The position numbers and the translations under genes are program-made. A stretch of DNA of 64,000 bases from an uncultured Pirellulaceae bacterium (GTDB lineage: Bacteria > Planctomycetota > Planctomycetia > Pirellulales > Pirellulaceae). The notes under the pieces were generated by a model, which did no database searches, was not told where the DNA came from, and worked only from the letters and a program-made list of their open reading frames with translations. Below are positions 19,544 through 31,589 of the stretch, one piece after another (positions within the stretch are counted from its first letter, which is position 1; every line of letters starts with the position of its first letter). The stretch is taken from NCBI GenBank assembly GCA_937944405.1, contig CALDYR010000042.1:3107-67106 (forward strand), given 5' to 3'.

Positions 19544-22500
19544 TTGCCCACGATTGCTCCCGTGAAATCTAACGTACGATTTGCATTGACGCTGGCCTTC
19601 ATTTGCGTCAACGGGTTTCTATATCAAATCAGCTATTCTCTGGCGCAACCACAACCGCAATTCGATCGTGGCCAAGGGTTCCAAACGGTGCCGCGTAGAA
19701 TCGCAGAAAGCGACCAGAATCAAGACAATAATCAGAACAAAAATCAAGGTCAGCAGCAGGCCTTGGAAACTGTTCCAGAATTTGACACCGCCGCCCCATC
19801 CCAGCAGGCACCATCGGCCCGGGATCAACCCGTGTTCGCGCCCGATTCTCAGCCACTTTCGGCGCTCAACGGTTCGGCTGAAACAGTAACCTTGCGTTCT
19901 ATCGATGGCGAATTAGAAAAGGTCAACGCGTTACCTGATGCCGAAGCGCCGGAGATCGTTGAAATCAAGTCGCTGTATCAGAAAGCGAAGCTTCAAATCA
20001 CAGAGGCAAACGAGCTAAACCGCGCATTGGCTCAATTCAAAAATACGATCAGAACAGCGCCCGCCCAATTAACCCAAGCTCAAGCGGAACTTAACTCCAA
20101 CAGCAGCGCACCGAAGCTTCCCTTTAGCGCTGAAACGTCTGTAAAGCAGTTGCCCAATCTGAAGGATCTTAAAGCGCTCAAACTTGAAAAAGAGATTCAA
20201 CTCCAGTCGATTTCCAAACGCATCGACGCGCTCGCGCCGACCCAACAGCAGACACGGGCAACGGAAATTCAAAGGGAAATTTCCAGTGCGACCCAATTAA
20301 GGAAGGAGACAGAACTTCAATTAAAGACGCCGCCAACGAGTGAAAATGAATTCTTCGTGCGGGCGCGGCGGACGCAATTATTGGCCGAAAACGAGATGTT
20401 GCGGTTAAAAATTGAAACACTGGAGGCGGAAGCGGGCTCCTACGAAGCGACTTCAGGGCTGCCAGCAATCCAATTGGAGTTAAACCGAAAATGGGAGGTC
20501 CAACTTACCAAAGAGATTGCCATCATTGACGCCGCGATACACCGCCGCCGCCAAGACGAAATCGACGCCCTCAATTCGATGGCGATCAAAACAAAACGGG
20601 ACGTGATTCAACCGTTAAAAAAGATGGCAGAAGACAACATCCGATTAACGGTAGCGTTACGAAAACTGGCCAAGGACATCGACGACTTCGCTCAACAGTC
20701 GGCAACCATTAACGCGGAAACGGCGCGCATCGTGCGAGAACAAACGACAACCGAATCGCGTATCCGCGTTGTTGGATTAAGCGATTCCTTTGGTCGCATG
20801 TTGCAACGCAACCGAAATCATTTAATTGCTGCCGAACAACAACAAAAACCAATCAACGAGTTAAACCGAGACATTTCGGATTCCCAGATCGCGATATTCC
20901 GTTGGGAAGACGAACTGGAACTCATTCGTGACATCGAATCATCTGCCAACGAGATCTCCCAAACGCTCCACCGACAAGGGGAGCTGGGTTCTAATGGCCC
21001 TCCCACTCTGGACGACGCACTGGCCGCCGCACGTGACGGCGCCACCCTGCTTTTGCAACGCAGAACCGCGATTTTAGGCGAACTGAAAAAACTTGAATAC
21101 CAACGTTTTCAAGAACTCGTTGGAATGAAAACGGCGCGAGTCGAACTTGAAAACGCCAGCGCGATTTACGCTGAACTGATCGATGAAAACATCCTCTGGG
21201 TGCGTAACGCACCCAGCATGAGCGTATTCGACATCAACGATATCGTCGGTGCTTCGTTGCGGTTGGCCGCACCTGCCAAATGGCATTCGGTGTTGAAGAA
21301 TCTGCGCGATTCTTTTATCAACAATTTTCCGATTTCAATCCTGATCGTGATGTGCTCTGGGACGCTGTTCCTGTTTAGGCATCGCATGCTCAAGGAGCTC
21401 GACCGCACTGGCGACCGCGCCGTGAAACGTGGGTGTCGAACGTTTGGCATTACCGTTTCCGCGTTTGTCCAAACGGTAATGTTGGCGGTCACCAAACTTT
21501 CCCCAATGCTTGCTTTAGGATGGTTATTGGCGCGCAACACGATGGGTTCTGATTTCAGCACAAGCTTAGGATGGGCGCTTGTAGGCACATTTTTGATTAT
21601 CCTGCCATTGGAATTGCTTAACCAGTCCTGTCGCAAAAAGGGGTTAGTACACTGCCACTTCGATTGGACCGAAAAACTAAGGGTCTTATTGAGACGGAAC
21701 TTTGGTTGGATGCTTCCGGTGATTATCCCACTTTTAGTTGTGTTGTTACTGTTGCCGATGTTGGGTAGTGAAACCGCTAACGGCACACCACAGTTCAATG
21801 CATCGGCGATGGCAAATCTTATCAGCGGAGGACAACTGGATTCAGGACTCAGCGATCCCCATCCCAGGAACGCCGTCGATGCGCTGCAAGGTGGTTTTGC
21901 CAATTCCGAATCTTGGAACCGCTTGGGACGGGTATTACTGTTGGTGCTGTTAGTGATTACCGCCATTTTCTCCGCCAGCATCTTTCACCCCCAAGGCGCA
22001 CTGTACGCCGATCGCGAGCTGCCGATTCCACAAAACACCCCTAAGACCAAACTGCGCTACTTCGGCTACAGCGTCATGATCGCGGTGCCTCTGGTATTAG
22101 CTGCAATCGCGGCGGTCGGTTATTACTACACTTCGATCCGAATCTGCGAAAGTTTGTTGAAAACAATCGCGTTGGCGATCGCGGTGATCATCTTATATTC
22201 TGGAGCGATGCGGTTCCTGTTAGTCCGGCGGCGCAATTTGCGTTACGAACAGTTACTGCACCAACGCACACAATCCCGGCTTACGGCGGAACAGAAAGAT
22301 CTCGCGGCAATCACCGGTACGGCCAGTGAGCTGATCGAAATTGATTTGCAAAATGAACCGGGATTGGACATCACCGACGTTTCACGTCAGGCGCGCGAAT
22401 TGACGGCGGTGATCTTTCTATTGATCGCAGGCGGCATCCTACTAAGCATCTGGCAGTATGTCCTGCCAGCGACCAAGATCATGGATGACGTTCAACTCTG

Positions 22501-23353
22501 GGACGTACAACTGTTGGGGCGCGTCGAATTTGTGACCCTGCGTGACGTTGTATTTTCATCGATTATGTTTTTGATGACTTACTTCGGCGTGCGAAACATG
22601 CCGGGTATGTTGGAACTACTGCTGCTGCAACGACTGCCATTGGATGCTGGAGCGCGTTATGCGGTGACATCGATCTTTCGCTATATTCTGTTGGTATTCG
22701 GAGCGATTTTAGCACTCGGATATTTAAAAATCCCATGGTCCAATTATAGTTGGCTGCTGGCAGCAATTTCGGTCGGTCTGGGTTTTGGTTTACAGGAAAT
22801 TGTGGCGAATTTTGTATCGGGTTTGATATTACTATTAGAACGCCCGGTGCGGGTTGGCGATGTCGTCACCATTGACGGTACCACAGGCATCGTTTCGCGC
22901 ATTCAGATGCGCGCCACGACGGTTACCAACTGGGACAATCAAGAACTCGTCGTCCCCAATAAAGACCTGATCACGGGGAAGCTTTTAAACTGGACGCTGT
23001 CCAGCGTCGTCAACCGTTTGTCGCTGAAGTTTGGCGTGGCCTACGGGACCGATCCGGCTTTTGTCCGGCAAATTGTATTGGATGCGATCAGTCCCATCCG
23101 CGCCTTGTTGAAGGAACCATCGCCCATGGTAACCTTCGAAGAATTCGGTGACAGCAGCCTCAATTTTACGTTACGTTGCTGCGTATCAACGATTGAGCGC
23201 CGATGGCACATCGTGCATGAGCTGAATGTCGCGATCAATACGGTCTTGAAAGAACACAACATCGAAATCCCCTTTCCCCAGCGCGATCTTCACATTATCG
23301 ACAGACCAATGCCGTTAGAAACGACCGATGAAAATGCAAACGCGCAAAACTAA
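19544..23353 (+). CDS. Large MscS-family mechanosensitive channel (MscK/KefA-like)
   Basis: Signal peptide, long coiled-coil periplasmic region, about 11 TMs, and C-terminal GLGFGLQEIVANFVSGLILLLERPVRVGDVV..IEIPFPQRDLH. Confidence 0.92.
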   Translation: MPTIAPVKSNVRFALTLAFICVNGFLYQISYSLAQPQPQFDRGQGFQTVPRRIAESDQNQDNNQNKNQGQQQALETVPEFDTAAPSQQAPSARDQPVFAPDSQPLSALNGSAETVTLRSIDGELEKVNALPDAEAPEIVEIKSLYQKAKLQITEANELNRALAQFKNTIRTAPAQLTQAQAELNSNSSAPKLPFSAETSVKQLPNLKDLKALKLEKEIQLQSISKRIDALAPTQQQTRATEIQREISSATQLRKETELQLKTPPTSENEFFVRARRTQLLAENEMLRLKIETLEAEAGSYEATSGLPAIQLELNRKWEVQLTKEIAIIDAAIHRRRQDEIDALNSMAIKTKRDVIQPLKKMAEDNIRLTVALRKLAKDIDDFAQQSATINAETARIVREQTTTESRIRVVGLSDSFGRMLQRNRNHLIAAEQQQKPINELNRDISDSQIAIFRWEDELELIRDIESSANEISQTLHRQGELGSNGPPTLDDALAAARDGATLLLQRRTAILGELKKLEYQRFQELVGMKTARVELENASAIYAELIDENILWVRNAPSMSVFDINDIVGASLRLAAPAKWHSVLKNLRDSFINNFPISILIVMCSGTLFLFRHRMLKELDRTGDRAVKRGCRTFGITVSAFVQTVMLAVTKLSPMLALGWLLARNTMGSDFSTSLGWALVGTFLIILPLELLNQSCRKKGLVHCHFDWTEKLRVLLRRNFGWMLPVIIPLLVVLLLLPMLGSETANGTPQFNASAMANLISGGQLDSGLSDPHPRNAVDALQGGFANSESWNRLGRVLLLVLLVITAIFSASIFHPQGALYADRELPIPQNTPKTKLRYFGYSVMIAVPLVLAAIAAVGYYYTSIRICESLLKTIALAIAVIILYSGAMRFLLVRRRNLRYEQLLHQRTQSRLTAEQKDLAAITGTASELIEIDLQNEPGLDITDVSRQARELTAVIFLLIAGGILLSIWQYVLPATKIMDDVQLWDVQLLGRVEFVTLRDVVFSSIMFLMTYFGVRNMPGMLELLLLQRLPLDAGARYAVTSIFRYILLVFGAILALGYLKIPWSNYSWLLAAISVGLGFGLQEIVANFVSGLILLLERPVRVGDVVTIDGTTGIVSRIQMRATTVTNWDNQELVVPNKDLITGKLLNWTLSSVVNRLSLKFGVAYGTDPAFVRQIVLDAISPIRALLKEPSPMVTFEEFGDSSLNFTLRCCVSTIERRWHIVHELNVAINTVLKEHNIEIPFPQRDLHIIDRPMPLETTDENANAQN

Positions 23354-24548
23354 GGCGCCCCCCGGCCAGTCGCGTCCCTTGTGTCTCCGATGTTTTCGCA
23401 CCCCAGAGCTCTGCTATTGCGAGGCCGTTGGGCGGGTCGACAACCAAACCGAAATCTTGATCTTGCAGCACCGGCGCGAACGGATGCACCCGTTCAACAC
23501 CGCCCGCATCGTGCACCGGACACTGGACAATAGCCGGTTGATTTGCGAACGCAACGAATTCCTCGCGACCATGGCGCTGCCAATTTCAGCCAACGCTGGT
23601 TTGCTGTATCCGGGTAAGGACGCCACGCTGTTGACGGAGGTCGCGCCCGATCAGCGCCCCGATCAATTGATCATTCTTGATGGAACGTGGCACCATGCGA
23701 AGACTTTGTATCGGGATGTTTCGGCGTTACATGGTCTGCCAAAATATCGGCTGGCCCCCGCTGAACCGGGCAAGTATCGAATTCGCATGGAGCCCAACGC
23801 AACGTCTTTATCAACGTTGGAGGCTGTTGCCGCCGCACTGCGACAATTGGAACCTGAAACAAAGAACATTACCGCGTTGACCCGCGCGTTCAATTGCATG
23901 ATAGAAAAACAGTTAGACCATCCACAATCGATTTACAGTGGATTGGCGGTGAAGCCCAAAAAAATTCCTAACGCCAACGTTCCCAAATCAATCACCCAAC
24001 CCACCGGCAATCTGGTTTTGGCCTACGGAGAAGCCACACCGATCGACTACACCGCGGTCGATGGCTGGGACGAATTAAATCGAAATCGCGCGACTTGCGC
24101 GCTTCCCCCGGTGTATTGGTGCGCCCATCGGTTCGGACACGCCGACGCGAAAGACCGGTTTTGCTGCTACCTTGATGGAGGAAAGAATCTTGTACCGAAG
24201 TTCTACGACTTCATCGATTTGTCGCCGCGTGAGTTTGATCATTCAGTTTCCGCGGAAACCTTTGCTCAGCAGTGGCAGGATTTCATTAAAGATGATGATC
24301 TACTGCTGATTTACAATTTCAACGCACTGAAATTGCTGCGCAATTGCGGAATCAATCACGATCCGTACCTCGCTGTCAACAGTATCAATTTCGACCCGCT
24401 GAAGAGGCATCGTTCGATTGAATCATTTGTCAGCCACCACCGTGGTACGTTGTCGTCGCCGCTATTCAAGGGGAGGGCAGGGCGTAGGTTAGCAACGATG
24501 ACTTCTCTGGTAGAAGTGTTGGCCCGAATCGATTCCGCAGAAGCTTAA
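23328..24548 (+). CDS. DTW-domain tRNA-uridine aminocarboxypropyltransferase (TapT-like) with a C-terminal extension
   Basis: CLRCFRTPELCYC zinc motif, LIILDGTWHHAK (DxTW), YRIRMEP..LSTLEA; about 190 extra C-terminal residues. Confidence 0.85.
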   Translation: MKMQTRKTKAPPGQSRPLCLRCFRTPELCYCEAVGRVDNQTEILILQHRRERMHPFNTARIVHRTLDNSRLICERNEFLATMALPISANAGLLYPGKDATLLTEVAPDQRPDQLIILDGTWHHAKTLYRDVSALHGLPKYRLAPAEPGKYRIRMEPNATSLSTLEAVAAALRQLEPETKNITALTRAFNCMIEKQLDHPQSIYSGLAVKPKKIPNANVPKSITQPTGNLVLAYGEATPIDYTAVDGWDELNRNRATCALPPVYWCAHRFGHADAKDRFCCYLDGGKNLVPKFYDFIDLSPREFDHSVSAETFAQQWQDFIKDDDLLLIYNFNALKLLRNCGINHDPYLAVNSINFDPLKRHRSIESFVSHHRGTLSSPLFKGRAGRRLATMTSLVEVLARIDSAEA

Positions 24549-24650
24549 ACGCCGATCCGATTGTCTTTAGTTCGTCTTTCGCAGAAAAATTCTTTGGCTA
24601 GCGTCGCTGAGCTGTCAAAGAAAATGGCCGCGTCTTTCCGATAAAGGTTA

Positions 24651-25271
24651 ATGCTAATAAAACGCTTAACCGAAAAGGCGACGACCATGGATATCTACAA
24701 CTCATTCTTGCCAATGCTTCAAGTATTTTCAGTCACGATGACCGCGTTGACTTATGCAAGCTTGATGGAGCTGATGGCCGGTTGCATATTCGCTCCTCGG
24801 CAAACGATCATGGGAATGCTGCGTGCGGGCGGTGTTGAGCGCCATCACTCGGCGTTTCATCGGATCTTCGCCACAGCAGTTTAGTCAATCGACGCCGTCG
24901 GACTGGCCGTTTATGACCTGATTCGGAAACTGCTACCGCAAGAGACGGTTTTTCTGGCCGGGGACGACACGCTGCTCAGTCGCCGCGGCTTGTAGGTGTT
25001 TGGGGCCGGAAACCATCGCGATCCGCTGTTATCCAGTCGCGAATTCACCGTCGTTCGATGGGGACATTGTTGGGTTGTGCTTTGCGTGGTCATTGAAAGC
25101 CCACGAACGCCCGAACGATATTTTGCGTTTCCTATTTTGGCTGGTTTGTACCTCAAAAAGAAAGCCTGCCAGAAGTGGAATCGCGTCAGTCGCACCAAAC
25201 CCGAATTGATGCTCGAAATGCTCAAGCTTGTTCAGGCAATAGACTGGAAAAGAGCACGCTTCTTTCGCTGA
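24651..25271 (+). mobile_element. IS701-like DDE transposase pseudogene (two nonsense codons, truncated)
   Basis: One reading frame gives ..HHSAFHRIF..*SIDAVG..VFLAGDDTLLSRRGL*VFGAGNHRDPLLSS..WGHCWVVL..RTKPEL. In-frame TAG at 24882-24884 and 24993-24995. Similarity ends near 25245, and no second terminal repeat was recognised. Confidence 0.85.
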
Positions 25272-25487
25272 GATGCTGACCGCGTTGAGAACCGATAGTT
25301 TAGCCGATTTCCGAAGAAAACATTTATCAACACCCGGTATTCCAAGGGGCGGTTCATAAAATACTCAAACCAATCGAATACCTCATCGCACTCGCGACAT
25401 AACTGCGAAAGAAGAATTGAGGCTGCTATTTCGACGAAGCCGCTATCAATCCGACAAAACCTTGAACCGTCAAAACCAACGTACGAT

Positions 25488-26264
25488 CTATTGTGCGTGC
25501 ATCTTCCCGCGCGGGTTATCCGCTTCAACCAGTTGGCTTTTCAAATAGTCGCTATTGAGCCGACCGATGAACGCGATACTGATTCCCTTGGGGCATTGGG
25601 CTTCGCATTCGGCGTAATTACGACAGGACCCGAATCCTTCGGATTCCATTTGGTTGACCATCGCTTCGACACGTTCGTAGCGTTCGGTCTGTCCTTGCGG
25701 TAGCAACCCCAGATGGGAAACCTTCGCCGACGTGAACAGCATCGCGCTACCGTTAGGACAGGCCGCGACACAGGCTCCGCAACCGATACAACTGGCGGCA
25801 TCGAGAGCCGTTTCCTGGATCTCGGGTTCGATGGGAATCGAATTGGGTTCTGGCTTTGGCCCCGAATGGTTGCTAATATATCCGCCCGCTTCGATGATCC
25901 GGTCAAACGCAGAACGATCCACCACCAAGTCACGCAAAATCGGAAACGCGGCGGCGCGAAACGGTTCAACGTAAATCTCAGCCCCGTCTTCGAAGCTTCG
26001 CATGTACAACTGACAGGTCGTCGTCGACCCTTTAGGACCGTGAGCCTGGCCGTCGATCACCATCGAACAACTGCCGCATACGCCCTCGCGGCAATCGTGA
26101 TCAAACGCGACCGGATCTTTTCCTTGGTCGTTTAATTGTTCGTTCAACGTGTCCAACATTTCCAAAAAGGACATGTCTGAGGTCACACCATCGAGCTCAT
26201 GGGTTTCCATGGCTCCCTTGGTTTTGGGCGATTGTTGTCGCCAAACGTGAATTTTGATTTTCAT
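25488..26264 (-). CDS. sdhB: Succinate dehydrogenase/fumarate reductase Fe-S subunit
   Basis: [23 protein letters not shown] and [13 protein letters not shown]; ATGA overlap with sdhA. Confidence 0.95.
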   Translation of the reverse strand: MKIKIHVWRQQSPKTKGAMETHELDGVTSDMSFLEMLDTLNEQLNDQGKDPVAFDHDCREGVCGSCSMVIDGQAHGPKGSTTTCQLYMRSFEDGAEIYVEPFRAAAFPILRDLVVDRSAFDRIIEAGGYISNHSGPKPEPNSIPIEPEIQETALDAASCIGCGACVAACPNGSAMLFTSAKVSHLGLLPQGQTERYERVEAMVNQMESEGFGSCRNYAECEAQCPKGISIAFIGRLNSDYLKSQLVEADNPRGKMHAQ

Positions 26265-28180
26265 GATTTATAGTTCCTCGTCGCCAGCGGAAAGGCTTTA
26301 AATTCAAGAGGTTCTTTGGTCAGTTCAGGTGCCACGCCTTCCCCCTTGTATTCAAATACCGAAACGAAAGAGAAATCATCATCGTTCCGTTTGGCTTCAT
26401 TTTCTTCAGTTTGATACTCTTCGCGCAGATGACACCCACAGGATTCGTCGCGGATCAATGCGTCTTGACACATCAGTTCACCAAAATCAATAAAGTCCGC
26501 CACCCGTCCGGCGTGCTCAAGCGACTGATTTAAATGGTCGGTTTCGCCGGTCACCCGCAAATTCTGATTGAACTCTTCACGTAATTTAGGGATCTTGCGT
26601 AACCCTTCTTCCAGCGATTCTTTGGACCGGGCGATCCCACAATGTTCCCACATGATTTTTCCAAGTTCCCGGTGGAATGATTGGCTGGACCGTTGCCCGT
26701 TGATAGAAATCAAGCGATTCAAATTATCTCGGACTTCTGTTTCGGCTGCCTCGAACCCTTCATGTTCGGTTGTGATTTCGCCAGGTTCATTACGCGACAG
26801 GTAATCGCCAATGGTGACCGGAACGACAAAGTAACCATCCGCCAGACATTGCATCAGGGAACTGGCTCCTAAACGATTGGCGCCGTGGTCCGCGAAATTC
26901 GCTTCGCCCGCAGCGTACAACCCGGGAATCGTCGTCATCAAATTGTAATCCACCCACAGACCGCCCATCGTATAATGGACCGCAGGGTAGATCCGCATCG
27001 GTGTTTTAACGGGATCATCGTCGGTGATACGTTGGTACATCTCGAACAGATTCTCGTATTTCGATTTAACCGCGCTGACACCTTTTTGCTCAATCGCGCG
27101 AGCGAAATCCAGATACACTCCGTAACCGGTTGGCCCGACTCCCAACCCCTGATCGCAAACGTCTTTCGCGTTCCGTGCCGCCACGTCGCGCGGCACAAGA
27201 TTTCCAAATCGCGGGTACCGTTCTTCTAAATAGTAATACCGATCCGCTTCAGGGATGTCGGCCGGGGTACGTGTCTCGTCTTTGTTCCGCGGCACCCAAA
27301 TCCGGCCATCGTTCCGCAGCGATTCGCTCATTAGTGTCAATTTTGACTGATATTCGCCTGACTGGGGGATGGAGGTCGGATGGATCTGAGTAAAACATGG
27401 ATTGGCAAAACCCGCGCCGCGCTTATAGGCTCGCATCAGCGCGTTGACGTTCGACCCTTTGGCGTTGGTCGAAAGGTAGAACACATTGCCGTATCCTCCG
27501 GTTGCTAAAACGACCGCATCGGCGGCATGGCGTTTCAGTTCGCCGGTGATCATGTTGCGTGTTATCAGGCCCCGGACTTTCCCGTCGACGACGATAAAGT
27601 CCATGACTTCGGTGCGGGTGTGCATCTTAATTCGTTTTTGAGCGACCTGCTCCTGCAGCGCCGAATAGGCCCCCAACAGTAGTTGCTGCCCCGTTTCCCC
27701 CCGGCAGTAAAACGTCCGTTCCACCAGCACGCCACCGAAAGACCGGTTCGCCAATTTTCCACCGTACTCGCGCGCGAAGGGCACGCCTTGGGCAACGCAC
27801 TGATCGATGATCGCAGTGCTTAATTCGGCTAACCGGTACACGTTTTGCTCACGGGCGCGAAAGTCCCCACCCTTTTGCGTGTCGGTGAACAGTCGCCAAG
27901 TCGAATCGCCGTCGTTGCGGTAATTTTTAGAAGCATTGATCCCACCTTGAGCCGCGATGCTGTGGGCGCGGCGCGCGGAATCCTGAAAACAAAAACTTTC
28001 GACTTGGTAACCCATCGCCGCCATCGATGCGGCCGCAGATGCACCCGCCAAGCCCGTGCCGACCACCAGGACTTTGTACTTGGGGCGGTTATTGGGGCCG
28101 ACTAACCGCAAGTTGTTTTTGTGATTCGTCCAAGCCTCTTGAATTGGACCGCCGGGGAGTTTTGAATCGAGTGTAAACAT
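26261..28180 (-). CDS. sdhA: Succinate dehydrogenase/fumarate reductase flavoprotein subunit
   Basis: [22 protein letters not shown] (FAD-His), [23 protein letters not shown]. Confidence 0.95.
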   Translation of the reverse strand: MFTLDSKLPGGPIQEAWTNHKNNLRLVGPNNRPKYKVLVVGTGLAGASAAASMAAMGYQVESFCFQDSARRAHSIAAQGGINASKNYRNDGDSTWRLFTDTQKGGDFRAREQNVYRLAELSTAIIDQCVAQGVPFAREYGGKLANRSFGGVLVERTFYCRGETGQQLLLGAYSALQEQVAQKRIKMHTRTEVMDFIVVDGKVRGLITRNMITGELKRHAADAVVLATGGYGNVFYLSTNAKGSNVNALMRAYKRGAGFANPCFTQIHPTSIPQSGEYQSKLTLMSESLRNDGRIWVPRNKDETRTPADIPEADRYYYLEERYPRFGNLVPRDVAARNAKDVCDQGLGVGPTGYGVYLDFARAIEQKGVSAVKSKYENLFEMYQRITDDDPVKTPMRIYPAVHYTMGGLWVDYNLMTTIPGLYAAGEANFADHGANRLGASSLMQCLADGYFVVPVTIGDYLSRNEPGEITTEHEGFEAAETEVRDNLNRLISINGQRSSQSFHRELGKIMWEHCGIARSKESLEEGLRKIPKLREEFNQNLRVTGETDHLNQSLEHAGRVADFIDFGELMCQDALIRDESCGCHLREEYQTEENEAKRNDDDFSFVSVFEYKGEGVAPELTKEPLEFKAFPLATRNYKS

Positions 28181-28248
28181 GGCAGGTAAAAGCCGTCTTC
28201 TTTGTTTAAGAGCTATCTGTAAGGGACCAACAATTTGCCAGCACGGAA

Positions 28249-29004
28249 CTAATGATTCTCCAGCAGGTGATGCGGATAGTCAGGAACTTCCTGTAGCACG
28301 CCAAATAAAAACGCCAAAGGCACTAACGCGAAGCCGACCGTAATTCCGATCGAAGCCACCATCGCAAACATCCGAATCGCTTTATTTCGATCAGGGCTGT
28401 CGAAACCAAGCGTCTGAAACAAACTCCAAACACCATGAAACAGGTGAGACGTCAGCAGCCCCATCACCAGCACGTATCCCAGCGACACATACCAAAGCGA
28501 AAACGAGTTTCGTAAATTTTTATAAATGGCACCATGTTCAAACTGACCGAGCTTGATGGTCCCGGTCGTGAAGTGCAGGATATGGAAGATGATGAATGCT
28601 AATATGACCGAACCTGAAAACATCATGTAACGGGCAGACCAGCTGGACGCCTTCTTTTTACTACGAACGTATTCGACCGGTCGTGCTTCCGCGCTTTTTA
28701 GGCTCAATTGAATCACAACGGTCATGTGCAGTATGACGCTGGCCAACAACACCAGCCGCGACGTCCATAAAAACGCCATTGCTGGTAAAAACGGTTCGCC
28801 AGCCTTTCTGAGAAAGTGACCGTATTGATCAATGTGGGGGACGGCGAAAGTTTCACCTTCTGCGGTGATAGAGTCGGTGCCGGTGAAGACCTTCAGGTTT
28901 CCCGCGACATGTCCTGCAACAAAACCGAACAGGATCAGGCCGGTGATTGCCGCGATGAATTTCTTACCAATTGAGCTGGCGTAAAACTTAGCAAGTCGGT
29001 TCAT
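28249..29004 (-). CDS. sdhC: Succinate dehydrogenase cytochrome b subunit (single large SdhC type)
   Basis: [20 protein letters not shown], further conserved His residues in TMs (HM, HILHF, HLFHG), first gene of sdhCAB. ATG 29004 is preferred over 29055. Confidence 0.92.
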   Translation of the reverse strand: MNRLAKFYASSIGKKFIAAITGLILFGFVAGHVAGNLKVFTGTDSITAEGETFAVPHIDQYGHFLRKAGEPFLPAMAFLWTSRLVLLASVILHMTVVIQLSLKSAEARPVEYVRSKKKASSWSARYMMFSGSVILAFIIFHILHFTTGTIKLGQFEHGAIYKNLRNSFSLWYVSLGYVLVMGLLTSHLFHGVWSLFQTLGFDSPDRNKAIRMFAMVASIGITVGFALVPLAFLFGVLQEVPDYPHHLLENH

Positions 29005-29561
29005 TGTTAAATCTGTCAGGCTTCCTTTGAAAAGCTTTCGGGCGCGGTTCGACAATCACTTGTCAAAAAACCAGCCCATTGCCACTGAAAAAAATGATTG
29101 TCCGCACGCTAAATCTAACGCAAGCACTCGTTGTTTGCATTGGGTAACCGACGCAGGAGACGAATTTGCTACGTTTTTCATTTCACCCCCCATTCGCAAA
29201 TGACGGGGCGGAAACAACAGCCAGTCAACCGCCACGCCGTAGATCAAGTTTCAAGCCGCAATTACCGCCACGCAAACCCAAACACCACTACTTTAACCGC
29301 ACATCGCGAGCCGTAAACAACCAGGAAATCAAACCGATCCGACATCAACCGTAATGTCGCGGCCAAAAAACTTCGGCCCTTAACAATTGTGGACTATTGA
29401 TTGATCTGGATTCAAAATTGGGGGCAAGGCAACAACGAGGAGTCGCTATGCTCTGCTTTTTTCCTGTGACGGACTTGAATTCAGCGATTCCAGCCACCCC
29501 AAAATCAAAACTTGCCTGACCAATAAATCACCTATCTTCCTTTTTTCGAATCAGCTCAATA

Positions 29562-31241
29562 CTATTCGTCGGTAACACAACCTTCGGAAGCCGATTTCAC
29601 ATTCTTAATGTATTTATACAACGTACCGCGTTTTACTTTAAAATCAGGCGCCGTCCATTTTTCACGCCGAGTGTTAAGTTCCTCATCGGAGAGTTCTACA
29701 TCTAGGCGGTTGGTATCAGCGTTGATAGTGATTTTGTCTCCGTTTTGCACCAAAGCCAACGGACCGCCCACTTGAGCCTCAGGGGTGATGTGGCCGACGA
29801 TGAAACCGTGCGATCCCCCTGAGAACCTACCGTCGGTCAACAACGCGACATCGTTGCCCAAACCGGCTCCCATGATTGCCGATGTCGGGGTCAGCATTTC
29901 CGGCATCCCGGGGCCTCCCTTGGGCCCCTCGTAGCGAATAATGACGACGTCCCCTTTGTTGATCTTATTTTCGGAAAGGGCTTCGACCATCGCTTCTTCG
30001 GAATCAAACACATGGGCGGTGCCGACGAATTCCAGCCCTTCTTTGCCGGTAATCTTCGCCACTGCGCCTTCGGGGGCGAGGTTCCCGTAAAGAATCTGCA
30101 AATGGCCGGACTTCTTGATCGGGTTACTCAGCGGTCGGATGATATCTTGCCCAGATTCTAAATCTGGTAATTCAGCCAGATTTTCGGCCAGTGTTTTCCC
30201 GGTCACGGTCAAGCAACTTCCATCGATCAAGCCTTCGGCCAGCAACAGTTTCATCACCGCTGGCGTTCCGCCGATCGCGTGCAGATCTTCTTGAACGTAC
30301 TTCCCGCTGGGCTTCATGTCTGCCAGCAGCGGAATTCGATCGCTGACCGACTGCCAGTCATCCAAAGTCAACGGTACCTCGACGCTGCGTGCCATCGCAA
30401 TCAGGTGCAACACCGCGTTGGTCGAACCGCCGAGCGCCATGACCACCACCATCGCATTTTCAAAGGCCGCCCGAGTCATAATATCGCGCGGTTTGATATC
30501 CCTTTTCATTAGGTTCAACATCGCCGCTCCGGCACGATGACACTCGTCGATCTTCGCGGGATCTTCGGCCGGTATCGAGGCACTAAAAGGCAGCGCCATC
30601 CCCAACGCTTCGATCGCGCTAGCCATTGTGTTGGCGGTATACATACCACCGCAGGCGCCTGCACCGGGGCACGAATTTTTTACGATCGCGCGGCGCTGTT
30701 GGTCGTCAATCTTCCCTGAAACGTATTCACCGTAAGACTGGAATGCGGAAACCAAATCCAGCTTGCATCCGTTAAGCTTTCCCGCTCGAATCGTCCCTCC
30801 GTAAACCATCAGGCTGGGGCGATTCAAACGCCCCATCGCGATTAAGCAACCCGGCATGTTCTTATCACATCCCGGCAGCGCGATGCACGCGTCATACCAT
30901 TGGCCACCCATGATGGTTTCGATTGAATCAGCAATCAGATCGCGCGACTGCAGCGAAAAACTCATCCCGTCGGTGCCCATCGAAATGCCGTCGCTAACAC
31001 CAACGGTGTTAAAACGCATTCCCACCAACCCGGCTTCGACAACGCCCTGTTTCACCTCAGCGGCCAACGCGTTGAGGTGCATGTTGCAGGTATTGCCTTC
31101 GTACCAAACGCTGGCAATGCCGACTTGAGGTTTGTTCATATCCTCTTCGGTCAAACCAGTGCCATAAAGCATCGCCTGAGACGCACCCTGCACCGGCGGT
31201 TGGGTAATACGTCGACTGTACTTGTTCAATTCAGTGGTCAT
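29562..31241 (-). CDS. ilvD: Dihydroxy-acid dehydratase
   Basis: [47 protein letters not shown]. Confidence 0.97.
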   Translation of the reverse strand: MTTELNKYSRRITQPPVQGASQAMLYGTGLTEEDMNKPQVGIASVWYEGNTCNMHLNALAAEVKQGVVEAGLVGMRFNTVGVSDGISMGTDGMSFSLQSRDLIADSIETIMGGQWYDACIALPGCDKNMPGCLIAMGRLNRPSLMVYGGTIRAGKLNGCKLDLVSAFQSYGEYVSGKIDDQQRRAIVKNSCPGAGACGGMYTANTMASAIEALGMALPFSASIPAEDPAKIDECHRAGAAMLNLMKRDIKPRDIMTRAAFENAMVVVMALGGSTNAVLHLIAMARSVEVPLTLDDWQSVSDRIPLLADMKPSGKYVQEDLHAIGGTPAVMKLLLAEGLIDGSCLTVTGKTLAENLAELPDLESGQDIIRPLSNPIKKSGHLQILYGNLAPEGAVAKITGKEGLEFVGTAHVFDSEEAMVEALSENKINKGDVVIIRYEGPKGGPGMPEMLTPTSAIMGAGLGNDVALLTDGRFSGGSHGFIVGHITPEAQVGGPLALVQNGDKITINADTNRLDVELSDEELNTRREKWTAPDFKVKRGTLYKYIKNVKSASEGCVTDE

Positions 31242-31513
31242 AGAAAACTCGATGAAAACTCGGATCAGAGGTTGATTTAAGATTACGTCTTAACGTTCGA
31301 TGAGCCAACCTGCGGTTCACCCACCAACCCGCATCGCAAACGCACGAAGATGCCCAAAACAGTGTCTCAACAAACCCAAACGCGCTACTACGGTGCCCAT
31401 TTTTAAAACAGGTTATTTCCGTAACCTTGTGGCACCGAGTGCGCTCCAAGCCTGCGTTTTCCAGTGCATCCACTACGATTTCGAAGCTTGCGACTAAAAA
31501 ACAAGGACAGCCT

Positions 31514-31556
31514 AAAAACAGGGTAGGCCACCAAGCGAAACTTGAAAGCCTACCCT
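31514..31556 (-). terminator. Intrinsic terminator after the TIM-barrel gene
   Basis: On the minus strand, AGGGTAGGC..GCCTACCCT stem with an inner CAAG/CTTG stem, followed by GTTTTT. Confidence 0.75.
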
Positions 31557-31589
31557 ATTACAAAGTCATAAAATCCGAAGCGCCAACGA

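Noticed and set aside
25232-25528. 98-aa minus-strand ORF between the IS remnant and sdhB
   Set aside because: It overlaps both neighbours, has a weak start and no motif.
31231-31473. Possible ilvD attenuator leader peptide
   Set aside because: The upstream ORF is not enriched in Ile/Leu/Val codon runs, and no terminator/antiterminator pair precedes ilvD.
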